The position numbers were made by a program, and so were the translations under genes. Shown here one piece after another: positions 12,401 to 23,889 of a DNA stretch of 64,000 bases. Within the stretch, counting starts at the first letter, position 1, and each line of letters begins with the position of its first letter. The notes beneath the pieces were generated by a model. The model was given only the letters and a program-made list of their open reading frames with translations. It did no database searches and was not told where the DNA came from. Source of the stretch: Pecten maximus (Eukaryota); assembly GCF_902652985.1 (NCBI RefSeq), contig NC_047016.1, positions 9,858,001 through 9,922,000 on the forward strand. Direction: 5' to 3'.

Positions 12401-15400
12401 CAGGGGAAGACACCCCAAGGCAGGAAGCTCAGGAAATTTACAGGGAAGAGCCAAAAGTAGAGGCACAAAAACCTGCCACTGTAACCAGGCAATCACAAAA
12501 ACATCGCCGCCCACAGACACCACCAGTGGCCAAGGTTGAGAGACCACCTACTCCAGGGGCCAAAGGTAAGGAGGTCAGTGGAGGTCACCGAGGAAACATG
12601 AAGACCCAAGAAAGACCAACTGAACAGACAAGACCCAAGGTGATGGAGGACAGAAGTGTCGGTTCAGACAGTGATGACACTTTGGAAGGATCTGAGGCAG
12701 CTACAGTGGCAACTAAGGCATCAGAAGGAAGGTAAGGATTAAACTGTTTTCTTTGGTCCTATAATTCTCACAGGATCTAATCAATATATTCCACTGTGAG
12801 GATATTAACCTTTTATACAACAGAGCTACATAAATTGTTGCAAGTTAAAATGATCAATCGTGTTTTTTAATCTGGTAGCACAGATTTTTGTGATATTCAT
12901 AGTAATGTCAAATAAAACAACGTCATTTAGTGACAATGTCATGAACATTGTTCTTCATGTTACTACACCAATGGGAGAATTATGATCTGATAACTTTTCA
13001 TTTTGTTTGGTAAGGTTATATAGTGACAATGCAGAGCAAATGGAAATATAACATTGTATCTCTCTGGAAAGATTAAAGGGAGATAACCCAAGAAACATTT
13101 TCAAGAATAAGAATATCTAATAACATTCATGCTGCCGTTCACATCTCATCTTAAAATGACTTTATTCCAGTGAGAAATTCCGGATTCTACAGGATGAGAT
13201 TGGTCGACTCAGGGATGAATTCCAAAAGGCAACAGAACAGCAACGCCACCAGATGATACAACAGCACCAACAACACACCCAACCACAGCCACCACAACCT
13301 CCACAACAACAACAGCAGCAGGACGATTATCATTTCTTTGACCCTACAGAGGATGCCTACGCTTTCATGAGAGGTCCTCGTAGAAGAGCAAATTCTTTCT
13401 CAGGAGCAGGCGTAAGAGATTGGGATGATTGGTGGAAGTACCCCCTAAATAACCCCAACGATGGAGCGGAGATACCTCTGGGTTATGCTGCAGCAGATTC
13501 ATATGCCACACCAAGGAGACAAGCGGCAGCGGCCGCTGCTGCAACAGCTGCTGCATTGGAAACAGGTCAAGAGGTACGCCCTAGGGGTCGACATCGTATC
13601 AGAAAAAAGTATCGCAAGACAACTTCAGAGAATGCAGCGCAGACACAAGCTGGTTATGAATCTGATCAGTCACCAACAAGAGCCACAGCCTCTACTGTCA
13701 CTGATGACCAGTTGTATAATTATTATTTGCCACGATACCAGCACCCTACTCAGGTGGCAGCCACTCCACAGCAGGGCACACAGAGGGCAGCAAGGTACAG
13801 CTCCCAGCCGAACCTCTACTATGCAGCCTATCCCACAGCCTAATACCCAGCCCCAAGTGTATGCAGCACCACCACAACCCACCCAAACTCAGCAATACAC
13901 ACCCAGAACTGCCAACTATTCCACCCCCATCTCCTGCTGGGTTATGGTCTCAGAGCACGGCAGCAGCCACAACATAGGATTCCCTCATCACCACAGCAAC
14001 AGCGCACTTATTCTTATGATGACATAGATGTCCAAGGTCACGGTCACACTTACCAACAAGCACCTGTAGCCTATATCCTGACCGATCAGGTGCCGACAGC
14101 CACTGAGCCGGTGTATGAGACAGCGGTGGATAGTGCTGTTTGTCCACTGTGTGGAGGGGTAGGTTACCACACCCATACTGAACAGGAGGCAGCACCCCAG
14201 ACAGCAACACCCGCAGTCGTGTACACACTACCACAGCCAGTCAGAAGGTAATTCCTCTTAAACTATCTGATGAGTTATCAGCAAATTAACAATAATGTCC
14301 ATGATTTTTTCTATCTCGTGTATACAAAGTCACAGTATATATCACTTTCACACAGAGTCAAAGTAATAGACACATACTTTATGACAATTAGGTAATCTAA
14401 AGAGTGTAATTGGCATCATTATTGTCACCAAACATGTCCACTGAATTGACAATGTGAATGAAATTTGAAAAATACACTGAAACGAAGTCTAGTGCTAAGA
14501 GGTTTCATGAAATGTAGCAATGTCAGGATAAGTGAACACAATTATCAGACATCTATACATAAAGTAACAGGCATATTGTCATTTCCACTGAAGGTTGATC
14601 TATCTGTTGGGGGTTTCATAGTTATTTTCCTTTATTTCTCTGAGAAGGTCGAGACCAAGACCAAGATCAAAATCGGCTACCAGGTTGCGCCACTACTCCC
14701 CTGAAGGAAGAAGGCGGTCACGCTATCTTGTCAGAGAGTATCGTAGTGAGAGTGAGAGTGCTGAGTCAGAGGAAGAGATGTATCACAGAAGGTAAGCAGT
14801 AAAAACACTTCATACAAATAACTTCTTTCAAACAAAGTTTTTAGCTGACTGGGACGAAGTCCAGGGGAACTGTTGCTATACCCCTGGCGTTGCCATCAGT
14901 GTCGGCTGTAGACAGCTAGATTAAAGTTTTTTTTATAAAACAGTGTTGTGTCAATACTAGTGAGGATCGATGCAGCTTAGATATTTGACATATGTTTTTT
15001 CCTTGTGACAAAGTTTTTCCACTGGTATTACTTTTGCGGACCTGCTGACCTTGACCATAACCTTTGATCTACTTTTAAGAAAACTTTAACCTTAGCCACA
15101 GTATGTTAACTATTCGAGATAGGGCTTTCATATTCAACTTGTGTGTTCCTTGTGACAAGACCTAGGGCTTTCATATTCAACTTGTGTGTTCCTTGTGACA
15201 AGACCTTTCTATTGGTACATGTAGTACATTTGCAGACCTGCTGACCTTGACCATGACCTTTGACCTACTTTTAAAAAACTATTTCATAATTTCAACCCAC
15301 CTGACAAGCTATAGTCTTCTGACAACTCTTCTTAAAAGGATATTCTTATACCGGTACATATTTTACTTCATGGAAATCGGGTCCAAAAATCTTATTTCAG

Positions 15401-18400
15401 AACAAGCCTTTTAGGGAAGTATATTTTTGTTCGAAATCTATTCAAAATCGAATGTTTTAATGTATTATTGTTAAGATATAGTTTTTGATACCGATTTTAA
15501 CACATATTGTGAATTATGAACTTTGAATAGGAGCAGAAGTTCAGATAGGAGGAGAAGAAGACCTGCTCGACGATACAGAAAGGTAAAAAATGGTGACCAT
15601 GGTAGCCCCAGCCATGGTGACTGTGGTGATGGTGTCTGCACTGCTGTCGAGACTAACCCGCCTAACAATGACTCTGATGAAGGGGTACGTCAGTCCGTTC
15701 AGACCGTACAGATAGCAGTTACTCTTCGCTCACAGAATAAGGGTCAGTCGGCATCCAGAAAAATGACCTAGTTTCAGACGTAGAAATTCCCAAATATTTC
15801 AAAGCCAATATTCCTGTATTAACAGCTATGAGATGAGTTTTAGATTCGGTATCTGATAGTTACTAATGTTGAGTTAGATGCATGTAAAGTTTGATCAATC
15901 ATTTATACCCAGTACTTATTGCCAGCGATCAGTTACTGGTAGGCCTATTTGATAGATTACCTTATAGAGATACCAAAATGAAGAAAATAAGCAGTGAATT
16001 ATGAGTGAATATCTCCTTCATTAGGGTCTGTGTAACCTATGTACCACCTGTAGTCTATATAAATGTAGCATGTTCTATACACTCCAATGTTTCTCCTCTT
16101 AATTACATAATCTATTCTGTCTATCTGATTACTGTTAATCACCTAGCATACTTGGCCCTTTTATCAAAATTCCTTAACTTAAGAAAATTCCTTAACAAAA
16201 AATTTGCAAAGGAAAGCATTATTGTTTTAAAGAAAAAATCTTAATGAAGGATCTTTTCTTAAATTATGGAATATTGATGAAGTTTGGGCCAGATTTTATT
16301 ATCTGGGCATGCTGGATGCTTGGATATGATGGATAGATTATGCCTTTATATCCTCGATCCATTTCCCTGATCCCCAAAGACATGCATCAAACTTCAACGT
16401 ATATATAGAGATATTTCTTCTGGGTTCTAAGAACACCATCATGTGATGTATAGGTCACTGTGACCTATGTTGCTGCTTCACTGAATATATAGTGTTGCAT
16501 TTTCAGTTTAGTTTTATTTTTTGAAAAAAAACTGGGGCTATACATGTACATGTATATTTATTAAATATTTTCTAGATAGGATCAGCCCTAAAATTCATGT
16601 AATGTATAGTTCTTCCCGTTAAATAAATGAAAAGTTACATACAATACAATCTAGGTGATTTACGGTGTCTGTAATCCTTCTGTGTATGTTAACCAGTGTC
16701 ACACTTGCTGTCTACTCACTTCTTACATTTTCTGTCTGATTCTTACCCAGAGTTCTCTACAGTTGCGGATCCAATGGAAAAGGGGGTTGTATGCATCATA
16801 TTTTGTTTTTCAACATGTGTTAAAAAAGTTTAAAATATGTCATAGTTTTTAAATTCAAAGCCCAAAGTTGAACCCCTCTTGGTTATAAAATTAAGGATCC
16901 GCCCCTGTCACCTCTATTGCACCATGTCTCTACATATATGTATTACTTGTGTCTGTGTTTTACCCTAGAGTTTTTATACTTATGACTGATACATATAGTT
17001 AACATGTTGTTTGTATATCTATTCATAATTACAGTATAAAACTTATCTGAGAAGTTTGTTGAGTGTTTGTAATCCCGGATTTTTTGTGTAATGAATTATG
17101 ATACTCTCCATATAAATGTGTTATACATTATCATAATTTAATATAATTCATACTTTAATATTGTGTTTTTATTGGTAATCAATCCGCACAAGTTATATAA
17201 CTTATACATACTTTTTACTGTACCTGAGTAATTAAAGTGAAGAAAATCAATGCTGTATCACCTCATACTATATAAATTAATTGATTGACATGTTTTGTTG
17301 TTTCTCTGTGATTGGATGATATCAGTGTGAACTTGGTGGTATGACACCGTGTCATGATTCAAATTTCTATTGTTGTGAGTTATAAATTGTTCTTTAAAGC
17401 TCACATGCTGTACACCAAATATGTACTTGCCAACACTCGATATTTAGAAGGTACAGATTTTCAATTTTTACCCAGGTTTTAGGCATGCTGAATTGTCAGT
17501 CTGTATTGCATGGATTCATAATTTTCTTAATTCAACAAGCCAGACAGAAGGAACAGCTTGAATTATGTTGTTAGATCACTTGCCAGAAGAGTTAAAGAAC
17601 TTATCTATGGCACGGTGCAGTATCTGTCTGCCATTTATCCATCAATCTTTTCCTTCAAACAACTTCTTCAACTTCTTGGTCAAAGACCAAGAGGTCCAGG
17701 GTTATATTGGGCCAAGGGGTATGCTGGGAGGAAGGACATAAAGTTTATTCAAATGAATGACATATACACCTGTACATAATTCCAAGGTCACAGGGGTCAA
17801 ATGTACTCAAACCTTTCAATGATTTCTTCTATTAACAAATAGAATCAAGGGTGCCACATTAGACCAGTAGTATGCTTGTATGAAGGATTTTAAGTTTGTT
17901 TAAGTGTAACAGATTGCAGGATTAATTAAATTTAAATCACTGCCTCCGCTAGGGATCGAACCCGGGACCTCTGGCTTACTAGTCTTACGCTCAACCGATC
18001 GAGCTAAGGAGAAGATCTCTCTAGCCGAGCGGTATATTGCGGCTAGTATTTACCAGGGTTACATACTCCCCCTCCAGGAAAGAACTCGTCCTCGAGTTTC
18101 CAGGGGTAACAGCGATGCTTTCGCAAGCAGCGATGAATATCATTCCCGAGTCCCTACATGGGCGCCAATGTAACAGATTGCAGGATTAATTAAATTTAAA
18201 TCACTGCCTCCGCTAGGGATCGAACCCGGGACCTCTGGCTTACTAGTCTTACGCTCAACCGATCGAGCTAAGGAGAAGATCTCTCTAGCCGAGCGGTATA
18301 TTGCGGCTAGTATTTACCAGGGTTACATAAGGATGTATGGGTCAATGTGTTGACATTTTCAGATGTTTTTTTCTGAATAATCCAGAAGACCAGTATTATG

Positions 18401-18868
18401 ATGTTAGATGTGGTGCATACTTGAAATAAAGGGTATTGGTCAAATTAATTAGCTTTAAAAGTCACTCATGAAGCAAGTCTTGAAAGTCTGTTGAACACTG
18501 GTCAGCGATACAGGTCCAATGAGCCTGTTGCTTAATGGTTGTAAGGACTTGAAGAACCTTTTTGAGACTTGAAATTTGAATATACTTAAAATCATCCATG
18601 GAAATTTTGTATGGTTGGTAACTATGACACTATGCTTGTTACGGCCATCACTTGTTGAAAGTTCTCTGATACATGTGTATAATACTAGGCAGTACGTACA
18701 TTATAATAATGTTGTGATTGATTATTACAGGAGTATGAGGACGCTCTAAACCAATCACTTAATTTGACAGAAGAAATTGATGACCTCACAACCAAGATGA
18801 TGAGTACAGTTCGAGGTGAGCTGAAGCGGGCAAAGAAACACAAAGATTTCGGTTCCTCTGTATGGTGA
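3430..18868 (+). CDS. AKNA: AKNA/AKNAD1-family microtubule-organisation (centrosomal) protein, 3' part of a multi-exon gene
   Basis: Phase-consistent GT-AG exons: 3430-3495 (uncertain), 6789-6924, 7427-7493, 7660-7838, 9018-9304, 9812-10089, 12191-12731, 13171-14247, 14645/14648-14791, 15531-15582, 18731-18868 (TGA). Motifs occur in AKNA order: SLSSLGDSGISE, PDADSGFIGS, coiled coil ILQDEIGRLRDEF, CPLCG, and C-terminal helix ALNQSLNLTEEIDDLTTKMMSTVRGELKRAK. Exon 13171-14247 contains a stop explained by three +1 homopolymer insertions. Confidence 0.8.
3823..3954. repeat. 44-bp tandem repeat, 3 copies
   Basis: TGAACCACTGGATCAGAAACCCACCTCATGATTTAAACCATAAC at 3823, 3867 and 3911. Confidence 0.9.
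5041..5675 (+). mobile_element. Degenerate Helentron-associated non-autonomous element (HINE-like)
   Basis: 5' TTAGCTCA end and 3' GGTGAGTGATACAGGCCCTCTGGACCTCTTGT end typical of bivalve HINEs. Confidence 0.55.
6275..6451. mobile_element. Tc1/mariner-type MITE with TA TSD
   Basis: TA-CGGTCAAACCTG ... CAGGTCTGACTG-TA imperfect TIRs. Confidence 0.65.
14838..15332 (+). mobile_element. HINE-like element
   Basis: TTTTTAGCTGACTGGGACGAAGTCC start, internal GACCTTGACC/TGACCTTTGACC repeats, 3' GCTATAGTCTTCTGACAACTCTT end. Confidence 0.55.
16153..16290. mobile_element. Short MITE with GGCCC termini (PIF/Harbinger-like); related copy at ~51107-51253
   Basis: TGGCCCTTTTATCAA ... TTGATGAAGTTTGGGCC with internal TTCCTTAA repeats; the same layout recurs near 51.1 kb. 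Confidence 0.45.
16760..16907. mobile_element. MITE with CAGGGGCGGATCC-type TIRs
   Basis: CAGTTGCGGATCCA ... GGATCCGCCCCTG imperfect TIRs. Confidence 0.5.
17941..18012 (-). ncRNA. tRNA-Thr(AGT)-derived sequence within the TRIM 3' LTR (not a bona fide tRNA)
   Basis: Minus strand TCCTTAGCTCGATCGGTTGAGCG..CTAGTAA..GGTCCCGGGTTCGATCCCTAGCGGAGGCA: A box, CT-AGT-AA anticodon loop, B box; the anticodon stem pairs poorly. Confidence 0.75.
18205..18276 (-). ncRNA. tRNA-Thr(AGT)-derived sequence within the TRIM 5' LTR
   Basis: Identical copy of the 17941-18012 cassette. Confidence 0.75.
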
Positions 18869-21229
18869 AATGTGGTCTTCTGTCTATGGTGATCTTCCAT
18901 CGACTCATTAGGAAGTATAGATGGTAGTAGGTACCATCAGTAGGACTGCAGGTCTAAATTGACTACAGTAGAATGATGTACTCATTATCTATCTCTGTAT
19001 TAAGAGACTGCCCTGCTACATTAGAAAAAAAACGTTCTTCCATACATTTCTTACAAGAGAATGATGTTGCACTGCCTGATAACAGATCTATACACATCTC
19101 TGGATGTCTACATGAACATTATAGGACCGTGGTCACTTTGCCTTCAGTTAGGTACATAGTGTGTAGCCTTGTTGTGTTGGTGTAGGGCTCTGTAAAGACT
19201 GCAGTGTATTGATGGTGTGTGCTTAGTTCAATGTTGAGCACAACAGAGGTTTGGATAGAGAGGAGATGTTGATTGGTCTCACAGAGCATTCCAAAAATGT
19301 ATCGGTGTAGATGTGGATAATGCTGAGTGAAATAGTGAAACATACAAAGTTGATGAGAACAATACTCTGAACATGGAAAACAACTAGAGAATATATAAGT
19401 TAATATTTACAGACTGCCATATTTGTTGAGAATGTAGTGTGCATGATGTATTCATGTAAACATGAATTGAAAGAGGTATTATAAGGTAAAAAGTGTATTT
19501 ACAATACAGTTGGGCAACACAACCACTGGACGGTTTCATTAAGGTTTGATTGTATGGTCAGTGAAATTGTTCTCTCTCCTTTTCCCAAGAAGTGTTGAAA
19601 TAAATTTACTATTTGCCTGAACTTTGGTTAAGTGCAATGAGCAATATGTAAGGGCCAGAGTGAGTCTGTGAGGAGATAAACATTTTGTCCCATCTACTCT
19701 ACTCTACACTCTACAGAGGTGTAAAACCTGCAAAAGATTTCCATTTTATTAAAGTTATATGTATGACTAACTTATCTTCAGTTCAGAGGACAAGATCAGT
19801 ATTACCAACTTAAATTGCCGTCCAAGTTTACACATACCAGTTGTATTCATCTAATAATGTTATATTTGTCCTCTACTGAGGTGTACATTAGAATATTTAT
19901 GGTATACCAGTAAGATAGTATCTGTTATATAACATACCTACAAAGCCAGTACCATGAAGAAGGAAGTTTGCTTGGTGTTCATAAATAAATACATATATGT
20001 ATGTAGTGAGGGGAAGGGCAGTTTTTGTGTCCTTTATCATCTACATCTTTTTCTGGAATCTACAATACAGCTGTGAAAACTGTTTTAGACTTTATCACTC
20101 ATATGTTTTTACCTCTCCTCAAAAATCCATTCCTAATTTAACAACAAGATACATTAAAAGTTGTATTAATTGAAATCCCTTATAATTTATGTTGTGCTTG
20201 CAATTGCCCTTAAACTTCTTTGTATAATAAAACTTAATTAACTCATGCCTTTTGAAAATATTACCTAGCTAATACCAGTAAAAAAAGAAATCTTAACATC
20301 TGGGTTTTTTTTTGAATTTATTTATTTTCCAATATTCTGATTGTGATCTTTTGTGGCTGTTGTGACTGTAAGTGATAATTAAATTAACATTTTTATTATA
20401 CTTGAATTCCTATCATTGTGAAGAAGAATGTGTAATATAAACTAGCTTTTTCATTAAACATTGAATTACTTCAATGTATATACAGAATACCTCAATTGTG
20501 TAGCTGTGTATGGAATCTTGGTTATAGACTTTAGCTGGTGCATGTAAATAGATTTTTTATATCATTTGTAAATTAGAACATGTATTTTGTGTTATATAGT
20601 AAGCATTACATATTATGCTGTATCGTAAGTATATATTGTATATAGAATATGGTACCAATTAATCATGTGATGAATTAGTTATAACACCATTTCATCACTG
20701 AATGTGAAATAAAATCAAATTGTATTATATTTACTCACATAGAACCATTTTAGCTTTGGTACTATAAACATACAATTTGGTATTTTTGCAAACAAACATT
20801 ATTAACTGAAGTAATCTCTACAGATGAGTGTTATTTTAACCTGAGCACAAACCGTAACTGTTTAATCATTTTATAGTATGATACTTCAAAGTAAAATACA
20901 GTTCGTATAATTTTTGCCACATTGGTATCATACAAAGATTAATAATTGTATCTTATCTTAACGTGACGGAGAGCCCCAGGTTTTATACGTTGTGAATAAG
21001 TCTATATATGGCAGTCATATAATGAAGGACATGCTGAACAATATTTATATATAATTACCCTCCAAGAGATTGCATTACTGTGATATAAATTGTATTTGTA
21101 AGTGATTTGTATCATACCTTACTGGCATATTATTTACACATCAGTTTATTTTATTTGTGATATGTAGCAAACATGATCAAACATACTAGTACTGTGATTG
21201 ACATTTATAATTTTACATAGTTTATATCC

Positions 21230-21362
21230 GTCCCACCAATTAGCTCCGTCGAGTGTTGTATCCGTCCCCATTAGTCCCACCAATTAGCTCCGTCGAGTGT
21301 TTTATCCGTCCCCATTAGTCCCACCAATTAGCTCCGTCGAGTGTTGTATCCGTCCCCATTAG
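21230..21362. repeat. 44-bp tandem repeat, 3 copies (in probable AKNA 3' UTR)
   Basis: GTCCCACCAATTAGCTCCGTCGAGTGTTGTATCCGTCCCCATTA, period 44. Confidence 0.9.
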
Positions 21363-22870
21363 AATCTACTGGCACAAAACAGTTGTAAGAAGCTCATTAC
21401 CGTTTACATTTTTTTTACATATATTTTATTTAATATGTACATTCTATTTGATTACATAAGTTTATACATTTAGCACAGAAATGATTTTACTTTTTACAAA
21501 ATGTTCAATTCTTTTCATGTATTTTTCTGTACCAAAAGTTTTATAGCTACATCCTTTTAAGTAGTAATTTTATATTGTAGATTAAATACTTAAACTGTAT
21601 CATGAAAAAAACGATTTTAGAAGTACAAATCTTTTAATCAGATTTAAGGTAGTTATATAATATAAGTTCTGAATATACACCTTTTGATAACCTCCTTATG
21701 CAGACAGAATATTTGCCTGAAAAATGTGTTAAATACGGTCAGAATTAAAATATTTTTTATTGGAAAAAAATGATTTCAATAATCTAGCAATTAATATCAG
21801 TTACGGAACCAATCTCCGCAATGTATACAAATATTTTGGTCGTTTAGGTCTAGAGAGCGATACCATACACACATCATGATTACACAAATCTTGCCATTTA
21901 ACAGTTTCTCAAATATTCTTTAAGAAAGGAATAGTTACCTCCCTTGATAGTTTTTCTTGGAAATCTTCAAGTGGATCAATTTTGGTAGGTATGTAACTTG
22001 ATATCTTGGGTTTTATTTTGATATTATGTGATATGTAATTGTAATAGCAATATTTCATTGGAAATCATTTTGAAATGGGGTCGAGTTGTCGCCATGTTCA
22101 AAAGCATTTCATAACACAAGTTTATGGAGTCAAAACTAAATGTTTCTAGTTAGAAACAAAGATGATGCCTCTTCTACAAATCGATTTAATGCTTCTGAAA
22201 TCATTACTTTTACAAATAATGTTTGTATTATCCAATAAAATTGATATTCACAAAGGTATAGAAATAATATATCTATAACTAATGATAGTCCTTTCAATTG
22301 AACCTGTAATTTCAATATATTGTAAACATACATAATTATTTAATCAGTCTTGTTTCTACTACTTTTGAGGCTTAACAAATTTGCACTTAAAATGTGTTGT
22401 ATGCTTTATAACAATAGTGCAAGTACACAATTCATCCAACTGTGTATTTGTTAAAACCACTAAAGTTTAAGGATTCCAAATGTGTATGCTCCCAATATTA
22501 TATAATTTGTTATGAGTTTGGGACTTTACATGTACTCGTTATCTATAAGGTATCTGAGAGTAAGAACTGTAATATAGTCTTGCACTTTGTATTCAGTTGG
22601 TATAGAAGTGTTGTATGGATGGGTCCTCGCACTATTGTATTCCTGGTGTTTACCATAGGCATACAGACAACAAATTGTGATATTGCTTTGTCTGACCATT
22701 AAGAGGATAATTTTTTTTTTTTTTAAACCTGTGCATACATGATTACTAAGCAGTCACAATTAAAATATATTTATGTACAATAATTTGTAGTTTGTCATTA
22801 TTAAATTAAAAAAATGGCATAAAAATGAAGTATATCGTCATTATACTTAGAGTCTAGGGAATATGAGAGA

Positions 22871-23555
22871 GTAGGGGACATGTATTGTATCATGACTAGA
22901 CAATGTGTTGTGGTAGGGAACTTGTATTATTATATCGTGACTAGACAATGGGTTGTGGTAGGGGACTTGTATTGAATCACTAGACAATGTGTTGTGGTAG
23001 GGGACATGTATTGTATCATGACTAGACAATGTGTTGTATTGAATCACTAGACAATGTGTTGTGGTAGGGGACATGTATTGTATCATGACTAGACAATGTG
23101 TTGTGGTAGGGGACATATATTGTATTATGACTAGACAATGTGTTGTGGTAGGGGACTTGTATTGTATCATGTCTTGACAATGTGTTGTGGTAGGGGACTT
23201 GTATTGAATCACTAGACAATGTGTTGTGGTAGGGGAGATGTATTGTATCATGACTAGACAATGTGTTGTGGTAGGGGACATATATTGTATTATGACTAGA
23301 CAATGTGTTGTGGTAGGGGACTTGTATTGTATCATGTCTTGACAATGAGTTGTGGTAGGGGACTTGTATTGAATCACTAGACAATGTGTTGTGGTAGGGG
23401 ACATGTATTGTATCATGTCTTGACAATGGGTTGTGGTAGGGGACATATATTGTATCATGACTAGACAATGGGTTGTGGTAGGGGACATGTATTGTATCAT
23501 GACTAGACAATGTGTTGTGGTAGGGGACATGTATTGTATAACGACTAGACAATGT
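22871..23555. repeat. 42-bp minisatellite (with 39-bp variants)
   Basis: (GTAGGGGACATGTATTGTATCATGACTAGACAATGTGTTGTG)n; source of the 262- and 176-aa pseudo-ORFs. Confidence 0.95.
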
Positions 23556-23889
23556 AATGGAAATGAGATATGTATATATGAAATCAAAACTTGACCATGC
23601 TCGTTCTGAGAGAACGTATTAATTTTTTCAGGCATTTGACATCAAACTAACCATTTGATACAGAATTTGTATCTGTAAGTGGAACTACAACAAAAAGCTA
23701 TCCACTGATAATTGGTCGTAGCCACAGAACCTGTTTGTATACCCTTGACAAGTGTAGAATCCAAAGTCTACATATATGCAACCATGGACACAAAACTGTG
23801 TTCCTGATCATCAGAAATAACCTTATAAACCACTAAAAGCCTCAAATTTCTTTTCCACGTTTATTAGCCGCTATGTACACTTGAATTGT

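Larger units (their letters stand above)
17905..18327 (-). mobile_element. Complete TRIM (non-autonomous LTR retrotransposon) with tRNA-derived LTRs (Ajax/Cassandra-like)
   Basis: Two identical 159-bp LTRs (17905-18063, 18169-18327) with TGTAAC...GTTACA termini and a 4-bp TSD TAAG. The 105-bp internal part has a minus-strand PBS TGGCGCCCATGTAGGGAC (tRNA-Lys-like) and a PPT GGAGGGGGAG. Confidence 0.93.
17568..18532 (+). mobile_element. Degenerate HINE-like element hosting the TRIM insertion
   Basis: TTAGATCACTTG start, AAAGTTT(A/G)TT(C/T)AA internal repeats, 3' GGTCAGCGATACAGGTCCAATGAGCCTGTTG end. Confidence 0.5.

Noticed and set aside
13832-13941. Programmed frameshifting or stop read-through in AKNA
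   Set aside because: Three +1 homopolymer insertions restoring the frame are more simply explained as sequencing error.
17941-18276. Two functional tRNA-Thr genes
   Set aside because: They lie inside identical LTRs with PBS, PPT and TSD; the anticodon stem and 5' acceptor stem are degraded.
22847-23635. 262- and 176-aa repetitive ORFs
   Set aside because: Translations of a 42/39-bp minisatellite.
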